Assembly (NCBI GenBank): GCA_965205505.1
Contig: CBDBHB010000008.1
Location: 736,001-800,000, forward strand
DNA: 64,000 nucleotides
Reading direction: 5' to 3'
Source of the DNA: Acidobacteriota bacterium
Lineage (GTDB): Bacteria > Acidobacteriota > UBA890 > WLXD01
Positions 9,282 to 18,806 of this stretch are shown one piece after another. A program made the translations under genes and the position numbers. The notes beneath the pieces were generated by a model. The model was not told the DNA's origin and made no database searches. It was given only the letters and a program-made list of their open reading frames with translations. Positions within the stretch are counted from its first letter, which is position 1; every line of letters starts with the position of its first letter.

Positions 9282-12266
9282 ATGACGTCGAAACGATCGC
9301 TACTCACAGCTCGCGGCATGGGCGGCGCCGGGATTATCGTCGCCGCGCTCGCCTCGATGGGCAGCGCCGCGTGGGCACCAGCGGCCACGCCAAACGCCGC
9401 TGTCCAGTCTGCTGCGGCTCAGCACTCCTCGGACCTTGCGAATCTGCGCTGGCGCCCGATCGGGCCGGCGACCATGGGTGGCCGCATCGCCGATCTTGCC
9501 GCCGTGAGCGCCGACACCTTCTACGTCGGCGTCGCTTCCGGAAACCTGTGGAAAACGACCAACCGCGGCACCACCTGGGAATCGCTGTTCGATGACGAGG
9601 AGGTCAACTCCATTGGCGACGTGACGGTGGCGCCCTCCGACCCCGACGTCGTGTGGATCGGCACCGGCGAGGCGAACAACCGTCAGAGCTCTCCGTGGGG
9701 TGCCGGGGTATACAGGTCGACCGACGCCGGCCAGACGTGGACCCACCTCGGGCTTACCAACACGAGGCACATCGGGCGCATCCTTGTTCATCCTACCGAT
9801 CCCGATACTGCCTTCGTGGCGGCGGCGGGCAGCCTCTGGGGTCCGAGCGCCGACCGCGGCGTGTTCCGCACGCACGATGGCGGTGCATCGTGGGACAAGG
9901 TTCTGTTCATCGACGAGGACACCGGCGCCATCGACCTGGCGATGGATCCAGACGACCCCGACACAGTACTTGCGGCCACCTACCAGCGCCGCCGTGCCGC
10001 CTGCTGCTTCGTCGGCGGCGGTCCCGGCAGCGGCATCTACAGAACCCACGACGGCGGCGACTCCTGGACGGAGCTGACGGAAGGCTTGCCGGCCGGTAAC
10101 AAGGGCCGCATCGGGCTGGATATCTATCGCCGCGACGGCAACCTGATCATCGCTACGGTCGAGGCGGCCGCCCCCGACAGCGGCATCTATCGCTCATCGG
10201 ACGGTGGTGATTCGTGGGACATGGTCAGCGACAGCAACCCGCGGCCGATGTACTTCAGCCAGATCCGCATCGACCCCAACGACGCGCAGCGCATCTACGT
10301 GCTGGCCGGCGGCCTGCTCATCTCGGACGATGGAGGTGCCAACTTCCGGCGCTCCGAAGCGGTCGGCATTCACCCCGACCTGCACGCGCTGTGGATCGAC
10401 CCGGACAACTCCGCCAACGTTTTGCTCGGCCACGACGGCGGCGTATTGATGAGCGCCGATCGCGCCGAGACCTGGCGGTTCCTCGACAACTTGCCGATCG
10501 GCCAGTTCTATGAGATCGGCGTCGACATGCGCGACCCTTACTGGGTGTACGGCGGGCTGCAGGACAACGGCGTTTGGGGCGGTCCCAGTGCCAGCCGCGA
10601 CCCGCGCGGCATCCGCAACAGCGACTGGGTCAAGCTGGTGAGCGGCGATGGCATGTACGCTCGCATCGACCCGCGCGACCACAACGTGATCATCACCGAG
10701 ACGCAGAACGGGGCGCTGATGCGCTTCAACTTGGCAACGATGGAGCGTCAGTCGATTCGCCTCGAGACGCCCGGGTCCGACGGTGACGAACCCTATCGCT
10801 GGAACTGGGACAGCCCGCTGATCATCTCCGAGCACGACCCCGACACGCTATACGCCGCCGGCAATGTGCTGTTCCGCTCGCGCAATCAGGGCGATGGCTG
10901 GGAGGCGATCAGTCCCGACCTCAGCAAGGCAATCGACCGTGAGACCGAGACCATCATGGGAGTGCATCCGGTCGACGGGGTGCTGTCGCTCAACGACGGC
11001 GTGTCGACATACGGCAACATGACCACGGTGTCCGAATCGCCGCTGAACCCGAACCTCATCTACGCCGGCACCGACGACGGCAACGTGCAACGCACCATCG
11101 ACGGAGGGGTCAGCTGGACCGATCTCACTGAGACCTTCCCGGGAGTACCAGAGCTCACGAGCAGCAGCCGCCTGCTCGCCTCCAGGCACGACGAGCGCCG
11201 CGCGTACGCGACCTTCGACGGCCACCAGCAGGACGATATGGCGCCGTACGTCTACATCAGCGATGACGCGGGCGACAGCTGGCGAGCGATCACGGCCGGG
11301 TTACCGGATTGGTCGATCAACGTGATCGCCGAGCACCACCGCAACTCTGATCTGCTGTTCGTCGGCAACGAGCTCGGTCTGTACTTCTCACTCGATCGCG
11401 GCCTCTCCTGGCGGCAGCTGAAGAACAACCTTCCGACGGTGCCGGTCGACGACATCATCGTGCATCCGCGTGACAACGACTTGATCGTCGGCACCCACGG
11501 CCGCAGCGTCTGGATTCTCGACGACATCACGGCGCTGGAGAAGCTGACCGAGGCGCGCGCCACCCGTGGTCCGTACTTGTTTCCGGTGAAGCAAGCGAAG
11601 CTGTTCAACAGCCTGCCGCGCAACACTTACGCCGGCGCCGACGAGTTCTGGGCCCCCAACCCGCCGGCCGGCGCCACGATCCGTTATCGGCTGCCCGAGG
11701 ATGCGCCCGCCGGAGATGATGAGCCGGTCGCTCACCTGTCGATCGTCGGTGCCGACGGAGCGACGATCCGAGAGCTCACGGGCTCGGGGACGCAGGGACT
11801 TCAACGGGTGCAGTGGGATCTGCGCATGGCACCACCGTTCTCAACCGAGACCGCCGAAAAGCTGGGCCTCCCAGCGCCGCCGCCGGGGCCACGAGTTCTA
11901 CCCGGTGCCTACGAGGTACGCCTGCAGGTCGGCACCGCCCCGGCGACCGCTACCGTATCGGTCGCGCTGGCATCAGGGCTCGACGCGCCCAGGGCCGACC
12001 TCGAAGCGCGCCAGGAGGCGCTCGTTCGCGCCCACGAGCTCACTCGTCAGCTTTACGGAGTGCGCCGATCTCTCCGAGAGCGCGCCGAGCAGACGCCCGA
12101 GCTGCAGGCTCTCGACGAGCGCGTGGCGCAAGCGCAGCGCGAGCTGTCGTCGCTGGTCTCCAGAATCGACGGCTCGACGACGCGCCCGACCGCAGATCAG
12201 CTGCGCGCCATCGAGCGCGCCGAAGCGGAAGGGCGGACGTTGCTCTCGGGCATCGACGCCCTGTAG
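9282..12266 (+). CDS. VPS10/BNR (Asp-box) repeat protein, sortilin/glycosyl hydrolase-like, exported
   Basis: WRPIGP..MGGRI, repeated S/T-x-D-x-G-x-x-W boxes, GGLQDNG, RWNWDSP, THGRS. Confidence 0.85.
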   Translation: MTSKRSLLTARGMGGAGIIVAALASMGSAAWAPAATPNAAVQSAAAQHSSDLANLRWRPIGPATMGGRIADLAAVSADTFYVGVASGNLWKTTNRGTTWESLFDDEEVNSIGDVTVAPSDPDVVWIGTGEANNRQSSPWGAGVYRSTDAGQTWTHLGLTNTRHIGRILVHPTDPDTAFVAAAGSLWGPSADRGVFRTHDGGASWDKVLFIDEDTGAIDLAMDPDDPDTVLAATYQRRRAACCFVGGGPGSGIYRTHDGGDSWTELTEGLPAGNKGRIGLDIYRRDGNLIIATVEAAAPDSGIYRSSDGGDSWDMVSDSNPRPMYFSQIRIDPNDAQRIYVLAGGLLISDDGGANFRRSEAVGIHPDLHALWIDPDNSANVLLGHDGGVLMSADRAETWRFLDNLPIGQFYEIGVDMRDPYWVYGGLQDNGVWGGPSASRDPRGIRNSDWVKLVSGDGMYARIDPRDHNVIITETQNGALMRFNLATMERQSIRLETPGSDGDEPYRWNWDSPLIISEHDPDTLYAAGNVLFRSRNQGDGWEAISPDLSKAIDRETETIMGVHPVDGVLSLNDGVSTYGNMTTVSESPLNPNLIYAGTDDGNVQRTIDGGVSWTDLTETFPGVPELTSSSRLLASRHDERRAYATFDGHQQDDMAPYVYISDDAGDSWRAITAGLPDWSINVIAEHHRNSDLLFVGNELGLYFSLDRGLSWRQLKNNLPTVPVDDIIVHPRDNDLIVGTHGRSVWILDDITALEKLTEARATRGPYLFPVKQAKLFNSLPRNTYAGADEFWAPNPPAGATIRYRLPEDAPAGDDEPVAHLSIVGADGATIRELTGSGTQGLQRVQWDLRMAPPFSTETAEKLGLPAPPPGPRVLPGAYEVRLQVGTAPATATVSVALASGLDAPRADLEARQEALVRAHELTRQLYGVRRSLRERAEQTPELQALDERVAQAQRELSSLVSRIDGSTTRPTADQLRAIERAEAEGRTLLSGIDAL

Positions 12267-12374
12267 CGAAGACTCGACGGCACCGGGGGTCGACCTGTGT
12301 CGAGCCTCACGGTGCCGACCTCGTTGCCGACGGCGCCTCAGAAGGTTAGCTTGGGCGCTCGACGGAGGCCCGAC

Positions 12375-13379
12375 ATGCGAACTCGACGGGAATTCTGCTT
12401 TGAAGCGGGAGCAAGCCTGATGGCAATGAGCACAACCCCCGGCGGCCCAGCACCGATAGCCCGCGCCGCAGGCACGGGTCTGGTCTACGATGCCCGCTAC
12501 CTGGACCATGTACTGGATACCCGAGGAGGCGGCACTCATCCCGAGCGCCCACTGCGGCTCGAGAAGGTCATGGCGATGCTGGAGTCGCGCGGACTGCGCG
12601 AACGGCTCGTGGACGTGGCGCTACACGACGCTCCGTTGCCGCATATCCGCGACCACCATACCGCCGAGCACGTTGACTCCGTCCGCCGGATCGACGTCAC
12701 CGGCCCGGTCGCGGAGCTGGCGGTGGCGGGAGCCCTGGCCTCGGTAGACGCCGTGGCCACCGGCAAGCTCCGTAACGTCTTCTGCGCCGCACGCCCTCCC
12801 GGGCACCATGCCAACAACACCGGCATGGAGGAGGGGTTCTGCTTCTACAGCAATGCTGCCATCGCGGCGAAGCACGCCCAACAGGCGTATGGGTTCGAAA
12901 ACATCCTCATCGTCGACTGGGACTACCACCACGGCAACGGCACCCAGAACGCGTTCTATGGCGACCCCAGCGTGCTGTTCTTCTCCACCCACGACTGGTA
13001 CGCGTACCCCGGGACCGGTGACCCATCGCTGGTCGGCGAGGGCGACGGCGGCGAGCTCAACATCAACGTGCACCTGGATTGCGGCTGCACCGACCGCGAC
13101 ATGCTCAGCAGCTGGGACCGGAAGCTGATGCCCAAGGTCGAGACCTTCAAGCCCGACTTCATCATTATCTCGGCAGGGTTCGACAGCCGCATGGACGACC
13201 TGCTGGGCTGCTTCGACGTCACCGATGACGCATTCGTGCGCATGACACGCACGGTGATGGACATGGCCGAACACTACTGTGACGGGCGCGTTGTGTCGCT
13301 GCTCGAGGGCGGCTACAACGTCGATGGGCTAGCGCTGGCTGCCGCCGCGCACGTGGAGACGCTGCTCGATCACGGCTAG
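12375..13379 (+). CDS. Histone deacetylase-family Zn amidohydrolase with putative Tat signal
   Basis: HPERP, RPPGHH, DWDYHHGNG, SAGFD, LEGGY. GGAGG RBS before ATG 12375; TRREF twin-arginine motif. Confidence 0.88.
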   Translation: MRTRREFCFEAGASLMAMSTTPGGPAPIARAAGTGLVYDARYLDHVLDTRGGGTHPERPLRLEKVMAMLESRGLRERLVDVALHDAPLPHIRDHHTAEHVDSVRRIDVTGPVAELAVAGALASVDAVATGKLRNVFCAARPPGHHANNTGMEEGFCFYSNAAIAAKHAQQAYGFENILIVDWDYHHGNGTQNAFYGDPSVLFFSTHDWYAYPGTGDPSLVGEGDGGELNINVHLDCGCTDRDMLSSWDRKLMPKVETFKPDFIIISAGFDSRMDDLLGCFDVTDDAFVRMTRTVMDMAEHYCDGRVVSLLEGGYNVDGLALAAAAHVETLLDHG

Positions 13380-13383
13380 CTAG

Positions 13384-13654
13384 CAGGCCGTGGTGAAAGT
13401 GTGGTGGGTCTGGTTACGGCGAGTTGGGGCCAGATGCAAGGCGGCCTGACGCTGGCGATGCCCTAGCCATCGTCGAGGAAGGCCAACGCCGCAGATGGCC
13501 TCAAATCACCGTAACCCTTCGGGCGATAGGGGGTTGCGCGCGTATGCTACGTCGTTCGTCGTCAACGATGGGGTAACCATCGCCTCCTCCTCTCTCCTGG
13601 CCTCCTCCTCGCAAGACCCTGTCGCCAGGCCCGCCACACTTGCACCACGGCCTG
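13384..13654. mobile_element. MITE copy 1 (271 bp, 30-bp TIRs)
   Basis: Left TIR CAGGCCGTGGTGAAAGTGTGGTGGGTCTGG preceded by CTAG; right TIR has 3 mismatches. Same length and highly similar to 45565-45835. Confidence 0.85.
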
Positions 13655-13656
13655 CT

Positions 13657-14628
13657 CTAGGGCTCTGCGACGATCTTCCCGACAGCCCTACGATCGAGGA
13701 TATCGCGCAGCGCCTGCGGCACTTCTTCAAGCGAGCAGCGCCGCGAGATAAACGGTCGCAGCTCACCCGCCACAGCGTAGTCGTCGAGCTCACGCGACAT
13801 CGTCTGGAAGATCTCGGGCTCCTTGGTGCGCGCGGCGCCCCAGAAGACACCGATGATGGAGCTGCCCTTGAGAAGGGCGAGGTTGAGAGGAATACGCGGG
13901 ATGCCCGCCGTAAACCCGATGACCAGGAATCGGCCCCGCCATTTCGTAACCCGAAACGCAGCCTCGGCATAGTCACCGCCGACCGCGTCGAAGACCACGT
14001 CCACGCCCTCGCCGCCGGTGAGCTCCTTGACGCAGTTCTTCAGATCCTCCTGGTCATAGTTGATCGTCTCGTCGGCGCCGCGCTGACGACACAAAGCCAG
14101 CTTCTCGGGCGTGGAAGCGGCGGCGAGGACCCGGGCACCGAGCAACTTCCCCAGCTCGATCGTTGCAAGCCCCAGGCTCCCGGCGGCTCCGAGCACGAGC
14201 AGGGTCTCGCCCGGTCGCAGATCACCGCGAAACTTCAGACCATAGTAGCTGGTGCCGTACGCGTATCCGAACCCCGTCGCTTCAGCGTATTCCAGGCCTC
14301 CAGGCAAGGGCCGCAGGTCGGCCACGGGAACCGCGACGCGCTCGGCGAACCCGCCGGTGAAACCCCAACCGACGACATCATCGCCCACCGCAACCTCGTT
14401 CACGTCGGCGCCAACGGCGCTCACCACACCCGCAACCTCGGTACCTGGAATGAAGGGCGGCGCCCCCTTGAACTGGTAGCGGTTCTCGATAATCAGGGTG
14501 TAGGGGAAAGTGACCGCCACGGCACGAACGTCCACCATCACCTCGCGGGCGCCCGGGATCGGATCTTCGACGGTCTCGACCACCAGATCCTCGGGTGGAC
14601 CGAAGGCCTTGCAGACGACGGCTTTCAC
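13657..14628 (-). CDS. NADPH:quinone oxidoreductase (zeta-crystallin/MDR family)
   Basis: PPFIPGTEVAG, LVLGAAGSLG, GVDVVFDAVGG, GKIV. Confidence 0.88.
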   Translation of the reverse strand: MKAVVCKAFGPPEDLVVETVEDPIPGAREVMVDVRAVAVTFPYTLIIENRYQFKGAPPFIPGTEVAGVVSAVGADVNEVAVGDDVVGWGFTGGFAERVAVPVADLRPLPGGLEYAEATGFGYAYGTSYYGLKFRGDLRPGETLLVLGAAGSLGLATIELGKLLGARVLAAASTPEKLALCRQRGADETINYDQEDLKNCVKELTGGEGVDVVFDAVGGDYAEAAFRVTKWRGRFLVIGFTAGIPRIPLNLALLKGSSIIGVFWGAARTKEPEIFQTMSRELDDYAVAGELRPFISRRCSLEEVPQALRDILDRRAVGKIVAEP

Positions 14629-14739
14629 ATGTGTACCCTAGATGAGATGAGAAGGCCAACCTCCTGAACGCAGTAGCCTGACGGCTCTGCAAACGTTTAT
14701 GCAACGTTAACGGGGCTCGAAGCCCAAGGAGGTTGGCCG

Positions 14740-15782
14740 ATGACAAGTGTAACGATTGGACTGAACGTAAGCGACCGGTACAGCCGTATGTGCGTGCTCG
14801 ACAGTAAGGGCAGGGTGATGGAGGAAGGGCGGGTGAGGACGAGCCCGGAGGGGCTGGCGAGGCGGTTCGGGTGCGAGGAGCCCGCTCGAGTTAGTGCTGG
14901 AGTTGGAACGCACTCGCCGTGGATGAGTGAGCAGTTGAAGCAACTGGGTCATGAGGTGCTGGTGGCTAACCCGAGGCGGCTGAAGCTGATCTATGGCGAG
15001 CACGGACCGACCGGTTGGATGCCGAGCACCTGGCACGAGTGGGCAGAATGGACCCAAAGCTGCTTAAGACGGTGCAGCATCGAGGCAGACAAGCGCGAGC
15101 GGATCTAGCCGTGATTCGGAGCCGAGATGCTCTGGTAAAGAGCCGCACGCAGTTGGTGAGCCATGTGCGTGGTGCGGTCAAGTCGGCCGGTTGTCGTATT
15201 CCCAGGTGCTCGACGCCGGCGTTCGCGCGCACCGCGCCAGAGCACATACCGGAGCGGCTCAAGGGAGCGCTCGAGCCGGTGCTTGAAACGATCGCCATGC
15301 TGACGGGCAACATCCAGCAATACGAGCGTCAGATCGTGCAGCTGTGCCAGGGGCGATACCCGGAGACACAGCAGCTCCAGCAAGTGGCCGGGGTCGGAGC
15401 TCTGACCGCACTGGCGTATGTGCTGACGCTCGAGGAGCCGGAACGGTTCAATACCTCCAGAGCCGTGGGCCCGTACCTGGGACTGAGACCGAAGAAACGG
15501 CAGTCGGGGGACAAGGACCCTGCGCTACGAATAACCAAGGCGGGCGACAAAATGCTCCGACGCCTGTTGGTGGGCTCGGCGCATTACATCCTGGGCCCCT
15601 TCGGGCCCGATACTGAGCTCAGACGCTGGGGGCTCAAGCTGGCCGGACGCGGTGGTCCTCATGGCAACAAAAAGGCAGCAGTTGCTGTCGCCCGTAAGCT
15701 CGCCGTTGTGCTGCACCGACTGTGGCTGAGTGGAGACGAGTACGAACCGTTGCGCGCACCTGTAGAGGTTTCAGCAGCATGA
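14740..15782 (+). pseudogene. IS110-family transposase, frameshifted
   Basis: N-half in ORF 14740 (IGLNVS, VANPRRLK), C-half in ORF 15015 (TDRLDAEHLAR, GVGALTA, YLGLRP..QSG, RITKAG, VAVARKL). Frameshift near 15000; first DEDD Asp reads as Asn. Confidence 0.85.
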
Positions 15783-15789
15783 ACTAACC

Positions 15790-16015
15790 CGCAACCAGGA
15801 GGTCGGTAGGGCGACGCGACCCAACGGTTATCGATCTGACCGCCCGGTCCGGGCGACTGCGAAGGTCACTACGAGCTTCGAGCTCGGCAGCTAGATTGCA
15901 GCGCCTCGAATCGGGACGGACCCCAGAATGCACCGGACGACCTGAATCCTCGTCCACCAGAGTGCGAATAGGAGCATGGCGTGCAGATCGATTCTTCGCT
16001 GGGCACCACATTGCC
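15790..16015 (+). ncRNA. Candidate bridge RNA/seekRNA in IS right end (boundaries approximate)
   Basis: Stem CTGCGA(15857)/TTGCAG(15896) encloses an internal loop and hairpin CGAGCT-TCG-AGCTCG; loop strands partly match the insertion site. Confidence 0.55.
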
Positions 16016-16099
16016 CTTGACCGAACTAGGCCTTCTCTTAGAAGTGGCCTGTAACAGATGATCGAGTCCGGCGAGCGGTCTGGAACCCAGTAGGCTCCG

Positions 16100-16129
16100 C
16101 CAGACCCACCACACTTTCACCACAGCCTG
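16100..16129. repeat. Solo right TIR of the MITE family
   Basis: CCAGACCCACCACACTTTCACCACAGCCTG, 29/30 identical to the copy-2 right TIR; abuts the stop codon of the CocE/NonD gene. Confidence 0.8.
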
Positions 16130-18208
16130 CTACACGAGATCCCTCGGAATCGTGTCGGCCCACTCCTTCTCGTACTGCAGCTCGCCGTTGACTCGAAGCT
16201 CACGGCGGACGCTGATCTCGAAGGCCTTGTCGTTGCTCGCGAGGGTCATCCAGGAGTTGCAGGTAATCGTCCTGCCCTCGTGCTCCACCTCGTCCCTGCC
16301 CTCGGCGACGATGGTGGCGTGGGCCGGATCCCGGTCGCTGGCGGTGGACCAGCGTCGCTCCATACTGCCGTATGCCGGCTGGATCGTCTCCCGAAACACC
16401 GTTACGGTCTGCTTCATCTCGTCGCGAGTGACCTCCCACTGGTCGATGGGTCCTGGCCCGGCTGAGCCCTGCGCTTCATCGATCTCAGGAGGCTCGTAGG
16501 GCCGCGACAGGGCGCCCGGCGGCATGACCGGCAGAACGATGCGGGAGGGGTGATCGGCGTCGACGTACAGCTTGGTCGTCATCCGATGGGGCGTGGGCCA
16601 CAGGTTGGGGAAATCGGCGTTGGCGATCGCCACGCGCACCCGATGTCCCTTGGGAAACACCCACGAGATGACCTTGAGGTTGAAGCTCAGCTCGTAGATC
16701 TCACCCGGGGTCAGCGGCTCGGGATCGACGTGCGAGTCACGATGGGCGCCGTTGATAATGCCCTTGGTCACCAAGGTAGAGGTTCCGTCGGGAGCAACAT
16801 CACACAGACGGACGATCCAGTTCGCTACTGGCGCACTGGCGGACACGTGCAGAACCGCCCGCGGAAAGCCGAGGATTTCGAAGTTGTCTTCCAATGGCGC
16901 GGTATCGAAGGTCATCGAGTAGGCGTCGTCGGCGCGCTGGTCGATCGGTAACTCGGCTGCGTTGTGCGGGCAGCGGTAGCGGTTGGTCATGCCGACGGTG
17001 GGCTTGTACTCGAGCTCCGACTCATGGTCGAGCGTCCGCTCACCTCCCAGGGCTCCCCCCGGCTGCGGATACCAGGTGACTGACTCGATGCCCTCCGGCG
17101 GCCAATCGGTTGAGCGCCACTCCCCCGGAATGCTCTCGATCTCCAGGCTGGGCTTGTACGAGTTGTTGACGTACATCGCCAGGCGCGGCTCTTCCATCAG
17201 CCCGGTATCGTTTTGCTTGAGCCAATGGTCCCACCAGCGCAGCATCTCGGGCTTGGGGTTGTACGGCGGCCCCGGCTTGCCGATGGCGTGCGTCCACTGA
17301 CCGATAATGGCGCGCGTCGGCACCGACATCCTCTCGAGCATGCGCGGGATGCTGTCGGTGTAGGCATCGATCCAGCCGCCTATCATCATCGTCGGGATCT
17401 TGATGGCGCCGTAGTCGGGGCGCAGTGACATGCGCTGCCAGAACTCGTCGTTGCGCTGATGGCGCAACATGTCGAAGACCCAGGGTTGGTGCTCTACCCG
17501 ATAGCGCGCCTCTTCGGTATCCGGGTCGTAGTCGGGCCAGGCTGGCAGTCCCATGTTGGAGATCATCGAGAACGGCCAACGGCCAAGCGACTCGAACTGT
17601 AGCGCCCCGTCGTAGTACACGATGTCGTCGGTGAACACATCGTCGGTAGCGTGCATGGGCACGATCGCCTTCAGCGCCGGCGGCTGCATCATCGCGACCT
17701 GCGTGGCGTTGAAGCCGCCGTAAGATGAGCCGAACATGCCGACGTTGCCGTTGCTCCATGCCTGGGTCGCCAACCACTCGATGACATCGAGGGCGTCTTC
17801 ACGCTCCTGAACCGAGTACTCGTTGGGCGTCGTCCAGCCGGTGCTCGTGCCAGTGCCGCGTACGTCCACCTGGGCAACCACGTAGCCGCGCTCGGCGTAG
17901 TAGCCAAAGCTGCCGAGTTGATCGGATTCGGTGCGTCGGTACGGGTCGTAGCTGAACAGAGCGGGGAAATTATCGTCCGGGCCGGCGCCATCGGGCATCA
18001 CCAGCCGAGCGGCCAGACGCACACCGTCGCGCATGGGGATGAAGGCGAGCACCGAGCGCGCCCCGAAGCGCGGTTGGCTGACCTGCTCGGTCCACCGAGC
18101 GGCGACGACTGCCTCGCCGAGAAGCTCCGAAGCGTTGGCTCGAACGCCCAGCAAGCTAGCCCCAGCGATCGAGCCAGCCTTACCGAGAAAATCCCGGCGC
18201 GTGTCCAT
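16130..18208 (-). CDS. CocE/NonD (peptidase S15-like) hydrolase with Tat signal
   Basis: TRRDFL; IPMRDGVRL, DVRGTG, nucleophile GSSYGG, GGWID, GQWTH. Confidence 0.88.
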   Translation of the reverse strand: MDTRRDFLGKAGSIAGASLLGVRANASELLGEAVVAARWTEQVSQPRFGARSVLAFIPMRDGVRLAARLVMPDGAGPDDNFPALFSYDPYRRTESDQLGSFGYYAERGYVVAQVDVRGTGTSTGWTTPNEYSVQEREDALDVIEWLATQAWSNGNVGMFGSSYGGFNATQVAMMQPPALKAIVPMHATDDVFTDDIVYYDGALQFESLGRWPFSMISNMGLPAWPDYDPDTEEARYRVEHQPWVFDMLRHQRNDEFWQRMSLRPDYGAIKIPTMMIGGWIDAYTDSIPRMLERMSVPTRAIIGQWTHAIGKPGPPYNPKPEMLRWWDHWLKQNDTGLMEEPRLAMYVNNSYKPSLEIESIPGEWRSTDWPPEGIESVTWYPQPGGALGGERTLDHESELEYKPTVGMTNRYRCPHNAAELPIDQRADDAYSMTFDTAPLEDNFEILGFPRAVLHVSASAPVANWIVRLCDVAPDGTSTLVTKGIINGAHRDSHVDPEPLTPGEIYELSFNLKVISWVFPKGHRVRVAIANADFPNLWPTPHRMTTKLYVDADHPSRIVLPVMPPGALSRPYEPPEIDEAQGSAGPGPIDQWEVTRDEMKQTVTVFRETIQPAYGSMERRWSTASDRDPAHATIVAEGRDEVEHEGRTITCNSWMTLASNDKAFEISVRRELRVNGELQYEKEWADTIPRDLV

Positions 18209-18363
18209 GGTGCGCTCTCCTCCGCTACCGGCAGAGCGGATTTAGAAATCCCTGGGAGCCTTCGGCTGGCATTCTTCAAGACCTCCCGGCTGCGGTCAAC
18301 CGCCAGCACGTCGCGCCCGGCAGCACGGAATCTACGCGTCGCGCAGCGTGTCCGCTGTCATCG

Positions 18364-18717
18364 TCATCGTGCTTGCCGCGGCTTCATCAGCCGTACTTCC
18401 GCGAAAGCCATGACATCGCGTAGCCGCTCGGCCTCTTGCTCGGCAACAAACCGGCCGCGCTCGGTCAAGCTGTAGTATTTGCGCGGTGGTCCGCCCGAAG
18501 GCTCGGCCAGCCGTTTGCTCGACTCCTCGATCAGGCCGCGTTGCTGCAGGCGTTCGATACCTCGATACAGCGTGCTGGTGGCAAGCACCACCCGATCCTG
18601 GGTGCGCTGGCGGATATCACGGACAATGCCGTAGCCATGCGCCGGTCCCTTGGCCAACACCAGCAGGATCTCGAACAGATGTGGGCCCAATGGTGACTGC
18701 GCAGACATGAATGCCAT
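18364..18717 (-). CDS. PadR-family transcriptional regulator
   Basis: HGYGI, TLYRGIERL, RKYYSLTERG. Confidence 0.88.
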   Translation of the reverse strand: MAFMSAQSPLGPHLFEILLVLAKGPAHGYGIVRDIRQRTQDRVVLATSTLYRGIERLQQRGLIEESSKRLAEPSGGPPRKYYSLTERGRFVAEQEAERLRDVMAFAEVRLMKPRQAR

Positions 18718-18744
18718 CTCAGCGGACGTGGGGGACTCGAACCG

Positions 18745-18761
18745 ACTAATCTCATTTTAGT
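18745..18761. promoter_or_regulatory. Possible PadR operator in AT-rich promoter region
   Basis: ACTAA-N7-TTAGT inverted repeat in an AT-rich patch 28 bp upstream of the padR start. Confidence 0.35.
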
Positions 18762-18806
18762 AATAGTACGAATGGGAATAGTCGCGCAAGGCCATCCTCG
18801 CGTCCG

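Larger units (their letters stand above)
14639..16042 (+). mobile_element. IS110-superfamily element, IS1111-type organisation (decayed)
   Basis: Sub-terminal inverted repeats ATGAGAAGGCC (14647-14657) and GGCCTTCTCTT (16029-16039); TAGA at both ends; transposase followed by about 260 bp non-coding right end with TTGACC at 16017. Confidence 0.8.

Noticed and set aside
13384-13654. MITE copies as a CRISPR array or tRNA
   Set aside because: No direct repeat-spacer periodicity, no cas genes, no cloverleaf; the TIR architecture explains the sequence.
13495-14667. Long antisense/shadow ORFs (e.g. 13495+, 27910+, 34564+, 39793+, 44355+, 54427-)
   Set aside because: They lie opposite well-supported genes, have no family motifs, and are expected in high-GC DNA.
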